A stretch of 64,000 nucleotides of DNA. It comes from Oligoflexales bacterium (GTDB lineage: Bacteria > Bdellovibrionota_B > Oligoflexia > Oligoflexales > JAPPIL01). The stretch lies in contig OZ244057.1 of the NCBI GenBank assembly GCA_965215515.1, forward strand, positions 320,001 to 384,000, in the 5' to 3' direction. Under the pieces are notes generated by a model, which was given only the letters and a program-made list of their open reading frames with translations, made no database searches and was not told the DNA's origin. Position numbers and translations under genes: made by a program. Positions 39,066 to 49,319 of the stretch are shown in pieces; position 1 is the first letter of the stretch; every line of letters begins with the position of its first letter.

Positions 39066-39105
39066 TATTCCCCCCTGGTCAAACTTTGCGGACAACACGG
39101 GCTTG
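39065..39105. repeat. Degenerate partial third copy of the 71-bp repeat family
   Basis: GTATTCCCCCCTGGTCAAACTTTGCGGACAACACGGGCTTG aligns with 2719-2758 GTACTTCCCCCTGCCAACCTCTGCGGACAACACGAGCTTG. Confidence 0.75.
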
Positions 39106-39186
39106 CACACCGTCGTGGGTCGTGATTATCCTTGCGGATAGCGGTACCCCTTAGTTCCGTGGGTACGGGCAGCGATGGTGTGAGCG

Positions 39187-39789
39187 GTGAAGCAGATGAT
39201 CATTGTGTCTGCCGCGGCGTTTGAGAGTGCGCCGTTGTGTGCGGCACTCGCCGCGCGGGAGAGCGTGGCGACCGTAGTGTGTGGGGTGGGGGTGATTGCC
39301 GCGGCGACGGCGGGGCAACGGGTGCGGTCTTTGTGTCGCGGGAGGGAAGTGCTGTTCATCGGCACCTGCGGCACGTTTGGTGCGTTTGAGCAAATTGCGC
39401 TGTGTCGTGCACAAACTCTGCACTGGTCTCCGACTTGTGCCCGTGTAGGTTTGTCATATGCGGTGGACAAGACACCGCCGTTAGCGCTCGATCCCCGCTC
39501 TCGCTACGACGATCTGCCTGTGGCGGAGGTTTTTTGTGCACCCAACGTCAGCTTGATAAATAATTTGCCCGCGGCCGCGCCAGCGGGTATGTTGTATGTG
39601 GAGAATGTCGAGGCGTATGCGTTTTTGGCGGCCCTGCACACTGCCGCGAGGGTGGTTGACGTGTTGTTGGCGGTGACCAACGCGGTAGGGAGGGATGCGG
39701 CACGGCAGTGGCGGCAGCATCATTCTGCGGCGGCCGAGTTGACCGCGGCATACGTTAAACGGCGGCGTTTCACGCACCACACGACTTGA
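39187..39789 (+). CDS. Nucleoside phosphorylase/nucleosidase family protein (MqnB/MtnN-like)
   Basis: SAAAFE, CGVG..AAA, FIGTCG, ENVEAYA, VTNAVG. Confidence 0.7.
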   Translation: MKQMIIVSAAAFESAPLCAALAARESVATVVCGVGVIAAATAGQRVRSLCRGREVLFIGTCGTFGAFEQIALCRAQTLHWSPTCARVGLSYAVDKTPPLALDPRSRYDDLPVAEVFCAPNVSLINNLPAAAPAGMLYVENVEAYAFLAALHTAARVVDVLLAVTNAVGRDAARQWRQHHSAAAELTAAYVKRRRFTHHTT

Positions 39790-40352
39790 AGGACATGGCT
39801 GTGCGCATCGATGAGCCTGAAGCGTTGTTGACGCTGGACTTGTTTCGGGTAGAAAAATTGCTGGTCGACGAGCGTCCCTTCTATCGGCTGGCAGTGCCTG
39901 ATTGGGTTAACCTTGTGCCAGTCACGGCACAGGGCAAGGTGTTGCTGGTGCGGCAGTTTCGTGTCGGAATCGAAGGCAGTGTGCTGGAAACACCTGGCGG
40001 GGTGGTGGATGCGGGGGAGAAGGACACCACGCTGGCGGCGGTGCGCGAGCTGGAAGAAGAGACGGGCTATACCAGCCGCAACGTCTTACCTCTCGCGGCA
40101 CTCAATCCCAATCCCGCGATCATGACCAACATCGTGCATTTTTTCCTTGCCCTGCACTGCGAGCCTGCGCGGCCTCGCCAGCATTTTCCCGATGCGGGCG
40201 AGTTTGATCTGCAGACCGAAGCCGTCGCTATTGCCGATCTCGATCTGCTGGTGCGCAGTGGGCGTATCAATCACTGTCTTTCTGCACTGGCAATCATGCT
40301 GGCACAGAGATACCTCGGACGAGCTGAGGCGGGCAGCGAGGGAGACATCTAG
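39786..40352 (+). CDS. NUDIX hydrolase (ADP-ribose pyrophosphatase-like)
   Basis: Nudix box GGVVDAGE......AVRELEEETG; VRQFR. Confidence 0.93.
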   Translation: MKDMAVRIDEPEALLTLDLFRVEKLLVDERPFYRLAVPDWVNLVPVTAQGKVLLVRQFRVGIEGSVLETPGGVVDAGEKDTTLAAVRELEEETGYTSRNVLPLAALNPNPAIMTNIVHFFLALHCEPARPRQHFPDAGEFDLQTEAVAIADLDLLVRSGRINHCLSALAIMLAQRYLGRAEAGSEGDI

Positions 40353-40363
40353 CCATCAAAGCA

Positions 40364-42433
40364 CTAGGGAATGAGGTGCAACTCAACTTTCACCTTGCTG
40401 TCGGGAGGCACTTTGCCCGTCAAGGTTAGGGTTCTGCCCTGGCGTTGGTAGTCTGTGTCTTTGATTTGCACGTCGTTGACGAAAACTTTCCACTCTTCTT
40501 TGTTGTAGGTGGTGCTACTTCTGATCGGTGCGCTGACAGTGAACTGTTGCTGGGATATTATCTCCTTGTAGGTTGCCGTTATCGTATCACGACGGCTGAC
40601 ATGCTGAGCGGCACAAGCACTGTCTAGCTCGATACTATCACCATCTAGCGTCAATTCCTGCTCATTGCAAACCAGCTGACCATCGACCGCTAGCTTCACG
40701 CTGTCAGCGACCCTTGCGGAGGGCAGGCCGAGGCGATTTTCCATCCCGTCCTCGGCATCGTAGCAAACATGTACGGCATCGCCGACGCTCAGTCCTGTCC
40801 TGGTCATCAGCGTCAGTTCATCGTTGTTTTGTGCGTAGGTGCAAGCGACGGGGGTGCTGCACATGTTATCTTCGCCACAGCGCGGTGTGCCTTTGTACCC
40901 TTGCAGATGTAAATCGTAGGAAGGCTCGATGACTTCAGTCGTACAGGTGGCGAGACCAGAGTTAGCTTCCTTTTCAAAGAAGATGCGGTCGTTAGGAAAG
41001 GTCAGAATATTTCCTGCAAGATTGTACATGGTGACATCCCTGTTTTCGTCATCGTCGTAGACGATGTGGGGGATGATTTCCTCGCCTATCTTGACTTCCA
41101 AATCATCGATAGCACAGCTAAAACCGAGATCGTAGCGGGCTTCGACGAGGTGTTCGCTGATGCCTTCCTTAACATCGTCGGAAAACGACGCGTAGTTGTC
41201 GTCTGTGTTCAGGTCAAAGATATTGCTAAAGTGTTGTCCGTAGCGGGTTTTGTAACTAAAGGCGAAGGCGAGACTATCGGGAGACATGATAAAGTTGGGT
41301 TTATCGCTACGACCTTTGAAGCAGGGGTTGATATGTTTTTTGTTGGTATTTTTGATCCACACGCTTTCGGGATCATAGTCATCACCTAGGTCTTTGCATC
41401 TCGTGTGGGTGTCGAAGATGCCAAACAAACGCCACTTGTATTCGTCTCGGTCTCGATCGTACGCACCTTTGTGGTAGTCGAGTTCAGCAACGAGTTGTCT
41501 TCCGATCCCGCAGGTGAAGGAGTTCCAGCGATAGTCGTCTGGCACGCTGGTAGGGTCCTCAGTTTTTTGCCGCAATACTTCTCTGGTGTCAGGCCCCCCG
41601 CCGTCTCCTTCAGAGTTGGGGTCGCGTGTACATTGGTGGTCTTCGTCGCTGATCATAATCACCGCTAGTTTCGCTTCCTCCCGCAACCAGCTGTGCGATG
41701 CGGCGTAGTCGCTGGTTTTGACCCACTTTGCGTCGGTGCTATCCCATGCGCTGAAGGGGAAAAAATTCGCGCTACGCTGTTCTTCGGTGTTGACCCCTCC
41801 TTTCCAGGCAGCGGCAGCGGCTACTGCACCGTCGCCGAGCACGCTGCGTGTCTTCCATACTACTCGCTCGTCATAGACGCGCCAGGCATCTTGCACGCCG
41901 TCGCGCAGGTTTTCGATGACGTTATGGATAGCGGCGATACTGGACGATGCCCGCACTTTAGTCTGCTGCGAGAGGTATCTGGGATGTGTGCTGCTCGCGA
42001 GGGTTAGTCGCCAGTCGACTGCGCTGAGAGCAGCGAGCAGATTGCTGATTACCCCTGCGATGTTAGTGTAATTTATACTGCGGGCACCGTTGTCCTGTGA
42101 GTTGTCGATTACCATCAGCAGGTCGAGTTTACCTTTGCTGCTGAGGTTGTTGAGTGGTTTGCGCGGTTTTGCTAGTGCGGTTAGAGCGACGGATGTCGAG
42201 CGGTGCGGGTCGCCTAGGGTCATCGTCCGCTGTCCCTCTCGGATGGGGTTGGCAATACCTTGCAGCCCCACTTCTATGGTTGTTGGCAGTGGCTGTGCCA
42301 GTACTCTGGTGTCACCGCTCATGTTGTTGCCCGCGGTGGCATCGTTTTCATCGCTTGACTCCACGGTGGCTGTGAACTGGGAACGTCCACAGGCTAGGAT
42401 TAGCAGCCATCCTGCTATCGCCAAGGTTCTCAT
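40364..42433 (-). CDS. Large lipoprotein with VWA-like domain and beta-rich C-terminus
   Basis: ILAC lipobox; KLDLLMVIDNS and WLR..AKLAVIMISDED motifs. Confidence 0.7.
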   Translation of the reverse strand: MRTLAIAGWLLILACGRSQFTATVESSDENDATAGNNMSGDTRVLAQPLPTTIEVGLQGIANPIREGQRTMTLGDPHRSTSVALTALAKPRKPLNNLSSKGKLDLLMVIDNSQDNGARSINYTNIAGVISNLLAALSAVDWRLTLASSTHPRYLSQQTKVRASSSIAAIHNVIENLRDGVQDAWRVYDERVVWKTRSVLGDGAVAAAAAWKGGVNTEEQRSANFFPFSAWDSTDAKWVKTSDYAASHSWLREEAKLAVIMISDEDHQCTRDPNSEGDGGGPDTREVLRQKTEDPTSVPDDYRWNSFTCGIGRQLVAELDYHKGAYDRDRDEYKWRLFGIFDTHTRCKDLGDDYDPESVWIKNTNKKHINPCFKGRSDKPNFIMSPDSLAFAFSYKTRYGQHFSNIFDLNTDDNYASFSDDVKEGISEHLVEARYDLGFSCAIDDLEVKIGEEIIPHIVYDDDENRDVTMYNLAGNILTFPNDRIFFEKEANSGLATCTTEVIEPSYDLHLQGYKGTPRCGEDNMCSTPVACTYAQNNDELTLMTRTGLSVGDAVHVCYDAEDGMENRLGLPSARVADSVKLAVDGQLVCNEQELTLDGDSIELDSACAAQHVSRRDTITATYKEIISQQQFTVSAPIRSSTTYNKEEWKVFVNDVQIKDTDYQRQGRTLTLTGKVPPDSKVKVELHLIP

Positions 42434-42718
42434 CGTCCCGCAACTCCCCACCTTCTGCCCCGCCGCATCGGCACAGGACAGAAAAAGCCTTAGGCAAAAA
42501 AATAATTAGCGCATACTTGCCTACAATCATTGCTTTTACAGGGAAAGCGGCGGTGTGCTATGCTGTGTCGGCGCAAAATTTAAGCATAAAAGATTCCAAA
42601 AAATATATATGAAGCAAACGGTTACAAAAAAGCATCTCCGCAGCAAATAAAATACCTCCAAACGGGGCGGGCGGGGATTTTGTTTGGTAAAATGGAAGGT
42701 GGTGGCATTTAGGGGAGG

Positions 42719-43714
42719 TTGAAGGGGGTGCTTTGGCGTAGCCTGTGGTTCATCGCCGCGGTCGCACTGTTGGTTGGCTGTCCCGATGTGTTGTTTAAGG
42801 TTGTCGACGAGGATGACCTCAGGGATATCAAGTATGACAGGTTAGAGGTCACTCCCATCGATGATATCGATGAGGATAGCGACACGGAGATAGACGTTGA
42901 GGTAGTTATCGATGATGTCATCACCGCGGATGAGACGGCCGAGGTGCGGTTAAGTATCAAGTGTGATGGTCGTAATGTGTCTCTGACTCCGAGCAAGCGC
43001 AGGGCGAGGGACAGCAAGGCGGTTTGGGAAGAGGTCGAGCTGGAGGATTATCGTGACCCTGAGGGCGATGATGTCTTGTGTATAGTCACAGCCAGGGCGG
43101 AGGTTGACCGTAGGGAGAGGGAGGCGACGGCTGAGTTTTACATCGTGGGCACGATCATCACTGCCAGGATAGCTGGCAGTCGTTTGACTTTTCTCAATGC
43201 CGAAGATGACCAGTTTCTCACTATCGTCAGGGAGGATAACAGTAGCAGTGCCTGTCGTGCTAATCTTGTGGTTTGGCCTGCGAGTGCCGAGGAGCCGAGA
43301 TTTATCATCAATGGCGAGGATCGTGGTGTGGCGGGAGCACGGATCATCCGCGGCAAGGTTGAGGGGTTACATCTGGCGGGTGATGCGCGTCGCTGTCAAC
43401 TAAAAATTGGCAAGACGTTGGTCGATATCCCCGACGATTATGAATATGACAGCGATGTCATCAGGGGTGTGGATATTTACGACATCAACCGTGTAAGAAT
43501 TTCTCACACTAGCGACTCCAGCCGCACGGTAGATGTTGTCATTTACGAAGGGGGGGGCAAGAAAGCCAGTGCTACCCGCACCTTGCGAGCCAACAGCACT
43601 CAGACTTTCATAACGATCAGCAATGTTTATTTTGAGCGCAACGTGGATTACACCGTGTGGGTGCGATACTACAACCGTGTTGTACAGTTCACGGGTGTAG
43701 ATGGGAATTGGTAG
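42719..43714 (+). CDS. Hypothetical acidic lipoprotein
   Basis: LVGC lipobox, GGAGG RBS; beta-rich; no family recognised. Confidence 0.7.
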   Translation: MKGVLWRSLWFIAAVALLVGCPDVLFKVVDEDDLRDIKYDRLEVTPIDDIDEDSDTEIDVEVVIDDVITADETAEVRLSIKCDGRNVSLTPSKRRARDSKAVWEEVELEDYRDPEGDDVLCIVTARAEVDRREREATAEFYIVGTIITARIAGSRLTFLNAEDDQFLTIVREDNSSSACRANLVVWPASAEEPRFIINGEDRGVAGARIIRGKVEGLHLAGDARRCQLKIGKTLVDIPDDYEYDSDVIRGVDIYDINRVRISHTSDSSRTVDVVIYEGGGKKASATRTLRANSTQTFITISNVYFERNVDYTVWVRYYNRVVQFTGVDGNW

Positions 43715-43809
43715 GAAATCCTTCCCTAGCTGTCCCAGCCCTCTCGACCGTGATGATCGAGTACTGCGACTCTCCTCCCGCGCACACCAGCCGCTGCCAG
43801 CAACTGCGG

Positions 43810-43839
43810 TTGGCAAGGGGGGAATGTGTTTGCTATAAT
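43810..43839 (+). promoter_or_regulatory. Predicted valS promoter
   Basis: Extended -10 TGcTATAAT at 43831-43839 with TTGGCA at 43810-43815. Confidence 0.55.
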
Positions 43840-43868
43840 TCCCTCTGTCTTTTGCATTTCGAGAGAGT

Positions 43869-46538
43869 GTGTGCTTGCCGACACTGCCGCCGCAATACGA
43901 CCATGCTGCTTACGAGAAGAAGTGGTGGGATTTCTGGATGCAGGAACGTCTGTTCGCTGCCGACAGCGCTTCCACGCGTGAACCTTACGCCATTCTCATG
44001 CCGCCACCTAATGTTACCGACCGTTTGCACATGGGGCATGGGTTGAACAACACCCTGCAGGACATTTACATTCGTTGGCAGCGTATGTCGGGCAAGGAAG
44101 TCTGCTGGTTGCCAGGCACCGATCATGCGGGCATTGCCACCCAAATGATGGTGGAGAAGGCACTGCAACGAGAAGGTCTCACCCGACAGAAGCTGGGGCG
44201 GGAGGAGTTTGTCAAACGCTGCTGGCAGTGGAAAGAAAAACACGGCGACATCATCGTCTCGCAACTGCAACGTCTCGGAGCATCGGCCGATTGGCAGCGG
44301 CAGGCCTTCACTATGAGCTCCCAGCTGTCACGAGCTGTACGCAGTATGTTTGTCGATCTCTACCACAAAGGGCTGATCTATCGCGGCGAGCGGCTGGTTA
44401 ACTGGGATTTCGATCTGCACACCGCGATCTCCGACGATGAAGTGATCAACGTCGAGGAAACAGGCAAACTGTGGTCGTTCGCCTACCCGCTGGCCGACGG
44501 TAGCGGCGAGTTGGTGGTGGCAACGACACGCCCCGAAACGATGTTTGGCGACACTGCCGTCGCCGTGCATCCCGATGATACCCGCTACCAGAGCTACATC
44601 GGCAAACAAGTCGAGCTACCGCTGACCACACGCACCGTGCCAGTTATCGCGGATACCTACGTTAAGCAAGATTTCGGCAGCGGTTGCGTCAAAATTACTC
44701 CAGCCCATGACTGCAATGACTTCGCCGTCGGCAAGCGTCACAACCTCCCTCTGCGCAACATTTTCGATGCCCAAGGACTGCTCAACGAACACGCCCCCGC
44801 CGCAGTGCGGGGCCTGACGAGAGACAAAGCACGCACCCGCACGGTGCACCTGATGCAGGAAGCAGGATTGCTACGTGCCGAAGTCAAACATCGCCTCACC
44901 CGCCCGTATTCAGATCGCAGCAAGGTGTTGGTCGAGCCGCGTCTTTCCCAACAGTGGTTTCTCAAGATGCAACCGCTGGTCGGCGAGGCCGTGCGCATTG
45001 CCAGAGATGGCGAACTGCGTTTTTATCCGCACAGTTGGCAAAAGACCTATCTGCATTGGCTGGAAAATATCGAGGACTGGTGCATCTCGCGGCAGCTGTG
45101 GTGGGGACACCGTATTCCTGTTTGGCACTGTGCCGCTTGTCAGCGACACACCGTAGCGAAGGACGATCCGAGCGCGTGTGCCCACTGCCATAGCACCGCA
45201 ATTACACAGGATGAAGATGTGCTCGATACCTGGTTCAGCAGCTGGCTGTGGCCGTTCAGTACCCTCGGTTGGCCTGACACCGCACAGAACAACAACGCTT
45301 TGCGTAAATTCTACCCCTCGCAGGTGCTGATCACAGGTGCGGACATCATTTTTCTTTGGGTAGCGCGTATGGTCATCGCAGGGATCGAGGCGATCGGGAA
45401 ACCGCCTTTCAAAGATGTCTATTTCAATGCGATCATCTGTGACCCACAAGGACGTAAGTTTTCCAAAACACTCGGTAACGGCATCGATCCGCTCGCCGTC
45501 ATCGAGGCGCACGGTGCTGACGCGGTGCGCTATACGTGCGTTAGCCTCGCCACACGTGGCGGTCGGGCACGCATGGGATTGCAGGATTTTGCCCACGGTG
45601 CTCGGTTTATTAACAAAATTTGGAACGCTGCCCGTTTCCTGTCCGCGCAGCCAGCCCTGCGGAGCAAACTGCCCGCACTGGTACGTGACGAGCTGAGCAC
45701 GCCAGAGCTGTGGTTGCTCAGTGAATTCAGGCAGACCGCGGCACAGATCGCGAAACATTTGCAGGCGTATCGGGTCGATAGCATGGCGGAAACACTCTAC
45801 CATTTTATCTGGGGAACGTACTGTGATTGGGGGGTGGAAATTGCTAAAAATGTGTTGCGAAGACAACACCCGCCACCCGCACAAATTCTTTCCACCATGT
45901 GTTATATCATGGACGGCATGTTGCGTCTGATGCATCCTGTTATGCCGTTTATCAGCGAAGAAGTTTGGCAACGCCTGCCGCCCCATCCCGACTGGGAACG
46001 ACCGCGCAGCCTCGCTATCGCAAAATTTCCCCAAGCAGCGAGCATCATGCCCATCGCCGCAGAAGAATTGCGAGGCTGGCACTACACACGGCGTTTGATT
46101 ACCGCCGCCAGAACGTTGCGTAGTCGAGGCACAATCCCGCCGCGGCAGAAGATAAACGTCAGCATTGTCGTTACCGCAGCTGGTGAAGGTTTGTGCGCCG
46201 ACGAAGAATGGCTGCGCGACCTTGCTCTCCTCGACGACGTTACCTGGCTAACGGTAGATGCCCCTAAACCTGTGCCTACGCTGGTGCAGGTAGGGGCAGG
46301 CTTTGAAATTTACACCACCGCCGCACACATCGATGTACCACGTGAAAAGGACAAGCTACGCAAAGAACAAGCGCGGCTAGAAAATCTGCTGCAAAAAATA
46401 GCAAGCAAGCTCAACAACACCGCGTTTTGCCGCAAAGCACCGCCCCATGTTTTGCAAGAACAATGTGACAAGCGAGACTCGCTGCAGGAGCAACTGCACA
46501 GTGTGCGGCTGAATTTGCACGCGTTGGGGGATGGGTGA
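43869..46538 (+). CDS. valS: Valine--tRNA ligase
   Basis: PPPNVT..LHMGH, PGTDHAGIATQ, DWCISRQLWWGHRIP, KFSKT, C-terminal coiled coil. Confidence 0.99.
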   Translation: MCLPTLPPQYDHAAYEKKWWDFWMQERLFAADSASTREPYAILMPPPNVTDRLHMGHGLNNTLQDIYIRWQRMSGKEVCWLPGTDHAGIATQMMVEKALQREGLTRQKLGREEFVKRCWQWKEKHGDIIVSQLQRLGASADWQRQAFTMSSQLSRAVRSMFVDLYHKGLIYRGERLVNWDFDLHTAISDDEVINVEETGKLWSFAYPLADGSGELVVATTRPETMFGDTAVAVHPDDTRYQSYIGKQVELPLTTRTVPVIADTYVKQDFGSGCVKITPAHDCNDFAVGKRHNLPLRNIFDAQGLLNEHAPAAVRGLTRDKARTRTVHLMQEAGLLRAEVKHRLTRPYSDRSKVLVEPRLSQQWFLKMQPLVGEAVRIARDGELRFYPHSWQKTYLHWLENIEDWCISRQLWWGHRIPVWHCAACQRHTVAKDDPSACAHCHSTAITQDEDVLDTWFSSWLWPFSTLGWPDTAQNNNALRKFYPSQVLITGADIIFLWVARMVIAGIEAIGKPPFKDVYFNAIICDPQGRKFSKTLGNGIDPLAVIEAHGADAVRYTCVSLATRGGRARMGLQDFAHGARFINKIWNAARFLSAQPALRSKLPALVRDELSTPELWLLSEFRQTAAQIAKHLQAYRVDSMAETLYHFIWGTYCDWGVEIAKNVLRRQHPPPAQILSTMCYIMDGMLRLMHPVMPFISEEVWQRLPPHPDWERPRSLAIAKFPQAASIMPIAAEELRGWHYTRRLITAARTLRSRGTIPPRQKINVSIVVTAAGEGLCADEEWLRDLALLDDVTWLTVDAPKPVPTLVQVGAGFEIYTTAAHIDVPREKDKLRKEQARLENLLQKIASKLNNTAFCRKAPPHVLQEQCDKRDSLQEQLHSVRLNLHALGDG

Positions 46539-46636
46539 ATGCCTCCCCCCGAATCCGTGCGTAGCTGCCATCTACTACACAATTGTTGCGCGGGGAGGAA
46601 TCTGCTAGAATGGAGGGGTGGGGTTGATGGTGGAGG

Positions 46637-46900
46637 ATGGGAATGCACTATCGGGCGAGAAAATTCGGCAAGTATGTCCTAATCTTCGTGGCGTGGATCT
46701 TCTGTCTCTCGCTGCGTGTCGGTGACCAAACGATCTTCGCCCACGCCCACGGGGTGTTAGTGGAGAACCGTATCGTCAACGCTATCGATCAGGAACTCGG
46801 CGCTCTGTGGCACAGTCTCGGCAGAACAGCACGTATTGCCTACAGGCGTATTTCTGGTCAGCCACAGAGCGAAGATGGCGCGGATCTGCGCCGCGGCTAA
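46637..46900 (+). CDS. Small hypothetical membrane protein
   Basis: 87-aa ORF with N-terminal hydrophobic segment filling the valS-def gap. Confidence 0.55.
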   Translation: MGMHYRARKFGKYVLIFVAWIFCLSLRVGDQTIFAHAHGVLVENRIVNAIDQELGALWHSLGRTARIAYRRISGQPQSEDGADLRRG

Positions 46901-46924
46901 CCAGCGAAGGAAGGACGAAACACC

Positions 46925-47467
46925 ATGACACAGGCGCGGCTCCAGATTGTCACTTGGCCTGCCGCGGTGTTGGAAACACGGGCGGAGAGGATTACCGTAT
47001 TTGGTGACGAGCTACGTGCTTTCGGCGCGGCCATGCACGCGACGATGCGGGAAGCGAGCGGTATCGGCTTGGCAGCCAACCAAGTCGGCGTACTCAAACG
47101 TATTCTGGTGATCGAAATTCCGTGGCGAGGCGAGCGTTACGGCGAACAGCACGAGCCACGGCGAGACTGGCACGATCGTCGCTATACGCTGGTCAATCCA
47201 GAGATAGTTGAGCGAGAGGGCACGATCACCTTCAGAGAAGGATGTTTGAGTTTCCCCGAGCTCTTCGGCGAGGTCGAGCGTGCCCGACGCGTGCTCGTCA
47301 AAGCACAGGACGTGGAGGGCCGCACCCAGGTCATCGAGGGGGACGATCTGTTCGCAGTCTGTTTGCAGCACGAGATCGATCATCTCGACGGTATCGTCTT
47401 CATCAATCACATGACCAAACTGCGCGCCGCAGCGATCAGAGAGAAGATGCGCGCCAAATCTACTTAA
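46925..47467 (+). CDS. def: Peptide deformylase
   Basis: GIGLAANQ, EGCLS, QHEIDHLDG. Confidence 0.98.
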   Translation: MTQARLQIVTWPAAVLETRAERITVFGDELRAFGAAMHATMREASGIGLAANQVGVLKRILVIEIPWRGERYGEQHEPRRDWHDRRYTLVNPEIVEREGTITFREGCLSFPELFGEVERARRVLVKAQDVEGRTQVIEGDDLFAVCLQHEIDHLDGIVFINHMTKLRAAAIREKMRAKST

Positions 47468-48127
47468 ATGCGACCACCAGCCATCCGTGTTGCTCCTTCG
47501 TTGCTCGCCTGCAACCTGCTCGCGCTTGCCGCGGAGGTGCGCAGGTTGGAGGGGGCAGGAGCGGATCTGCTGCACATCGATGTCATGGACGGGCATTTTG
47601 TCGCCAATCTTTCCTTTGGTCTGCCTATCGTGAAAGCGCTCAGCAAGATCAGTGCACTGCCCCTAGACGTGCATCTGATGGTCACCAATCCGCAGACGAT
47701 GGCGCGGCGTTATCGCGACGCGGGTGCGGCGCGGGTAACCTTCCACTGTGAGGTGTGCACGGACGTACGCCCTATCATTGCCGCGCTCAAGGCCATGGGC
47801 AGCGAGGTCGGTCTGGCGCTCAATCCTCCCACCCCTGCGGCGGAGGTCTTCCCTTATCTCGACGAGCTCGATATGATTACGGTGATGGCAGTTACGCCTG
47901 GTTTCGGTGGGCAGGGGTTCATGCCCGCGGTATTGCCGAAGATCCGCGCCCTACGGGCACGCATCGGCACACGGGCGATCGATTTAGCCGTCGACGGCGG
48001 AATCAACGCCGAGACAGGCAAGCTGGCAGTCGCCGCGGGAGCGAACATCTTGGTTGCAGGCACGTACATCGGCGAGGCGCAAGACCGTCGTGCGGCGATA
48101 GATAAACTCAAGCAGAGGACACGATGA
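47468..48127 (+). CDS. rpe: Ribulose-phosphate 3-epimerase
   Basis: APSLL, HIDVMDGHFV, DVHLM, PGFGGQ, VDGG. Confidence 0.98.
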   Translation: MRPPAIRVAPSLLACNLLALAAEVRRLEGAGADLLHIDVMDGHFVANLSFGLPIVKALSKISALPLDVHLMVTNPQTMARRYRDAGAARVTFHCEVCTDVRPIIAALKAMGSEVGLALNPPTPAAEVFPYLDELDMITVMAVTPGFGGQGFMPAVLPKIRALRARIGTRAIDLAVDGGINAETGKLAVAAGANILVAGTYIGEAQDRRAAIDKLKQRTR

Positions 48128-48543
48128 TGAGGCTACTGTCGTTACTGAGTTTGTTGCTGCTCGCGGCACAGAACGCCCCCCGTGCTGTGCTGCTGCGAGT
48201 GGGAGGTGAGTTCAAGGTCAAGTCGATTCACCAAACCGCCGACCGCGGCTTTACGATTACTTTTGCCAGCACTGACCGCACGGCACAGGTGCAGGAGATA
48301 AGACTCACAAGTGCTTACCTGCACGTCAGTGTTGAAGAGGGCAAAGTCGTACGCCTATCGGCAGAAGTGGCCGCGCGGCGGGGCCGTGTCGTCGAAGCTG
48401 ATCAGGTGTTGTTGTTTTTGCCTACCGCCAACTCATACCTCCCTGTTTGGTTGCTGTCCCGCACCGCTCCTGCCCTGTCCGCTTTGAAGGGGGCAAAGTA
48501 CATCGACATGCACGCACCGCAGAGCGATTTTCTGCTGTTCTGA
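48124..48543 (+). CDS. Hypothetical exported protein
   Basis: Signal-like N-terminus; overlaps the rpe stop. Confidence 0.6.
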   Translation: MMRLLSLLSLLLLAAQNAPRAVLLRVGGEFKVKSIHQTADRGFTITFASTDRTAQVQEIRLTSAYLHVSVEEGKVVRLSAEVAARRGRVVEADQVLLFLPTANSYLPVWLLSRTAPALSALKGAKYIDMHAPQSDFLLF

Positions 48544-48551
48544 GGGTGTGG

Positions 48552-49274
48552 TTAAGCGTCATCGGGAGAAGCGGGTCGTTTGCTGTCTTTGCCGATCAAA
48601 AACTGTTCTAGCGGCAGGCCTGTCAAGCGTTTGATCCCTCGCAAAAGCACAAAAAGGGCGATGATGGTGACCACCAGACAGGGTAGTACGATGACGGGAA
48701 AACTCAAAGCCATCATCTTGCCGAGTTCTTGGTTGAAGGCGGCCGTGCCTGTAGGGCTGCGCAAAATCACGATCGCCAGCCCAAAATTCAACCCCGCACT
48801 GAGCAAGAACGAAGCCGCTAAAAGCCAGGTGGTAGTGGTCAGTAAACGGGCGAACTGTGCTTCGTGGTCGCGGCTACGTAGGCGAGCGGTAATCGCCGCG
48901 ATGTTGAACAGGTTGGCATTAAAAAACAGACTTTTGACCAATGGATGACGCGTCTTCATCGAAACGACGATAGCCAGCCCGATCAGTAGCGGGATAAGAG
49001 CTTCTTTGATGGCAAACCAGACCCCATCGACTTGCAGCAATCCCAACCCTCCTGTCAACAAAACACTGACAAAACCGAGCGCGGGGATAAAGCCAACTCT
49101 CTTGTTTTTGGCGAAATCATAGACGCTGTAGCACAGTGGAAAAGCGAGTGCGATGACGAACGCGTACAGTGCCCCGAGACGGCTGTCATCGCTCAGCTTG
49201 AGCAAAATCAGCGACGGAATGACGACGTTGAAAGCAAGACTGAACAGGGGGTTTTCACGCGGTGCGGCGTTCAT
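48552..49274 (-). CDS. VC0807-family inner membrane protein
   Basis: N.VIPSLIL.KLS....LG, LAFPL, LLTGGLGL, AIKEA.IP, S..GT.AFN.ELG.M...SFPVI. Confidence 0.8.
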   Translation of the reverse strand: MNAAPRENPLFSLAFNVVIPSLILLKLSDDSRLGALYAFVIALAFPLCYSVYDFAKNKRVGFIPALGFVSVLLTGGLGLLQVDGVWFAIKEALIPLLIGLAIVVSMKTRHPLVKSLFFNANLFNIAAITARLRSRDHEAQFARLLTTTTWLLAASFLLSAGLNFGLAIVILRSPTGTAAFNQELGKMMALSFPVIVLPCLVVTIIALFVLLRGIKRLTGLPLEQFLIGKDSKRPASPDDA

Positions 49275-49319
49275 CAGCGGCCCTCGGAGCGAAAAGGGCA
49301 GTATAAACAGCCGCACAAC

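Noticed and set aside
44910..46082. 390-aa ORF on the - strand
   Set aside because: Antisense shadow of valS.
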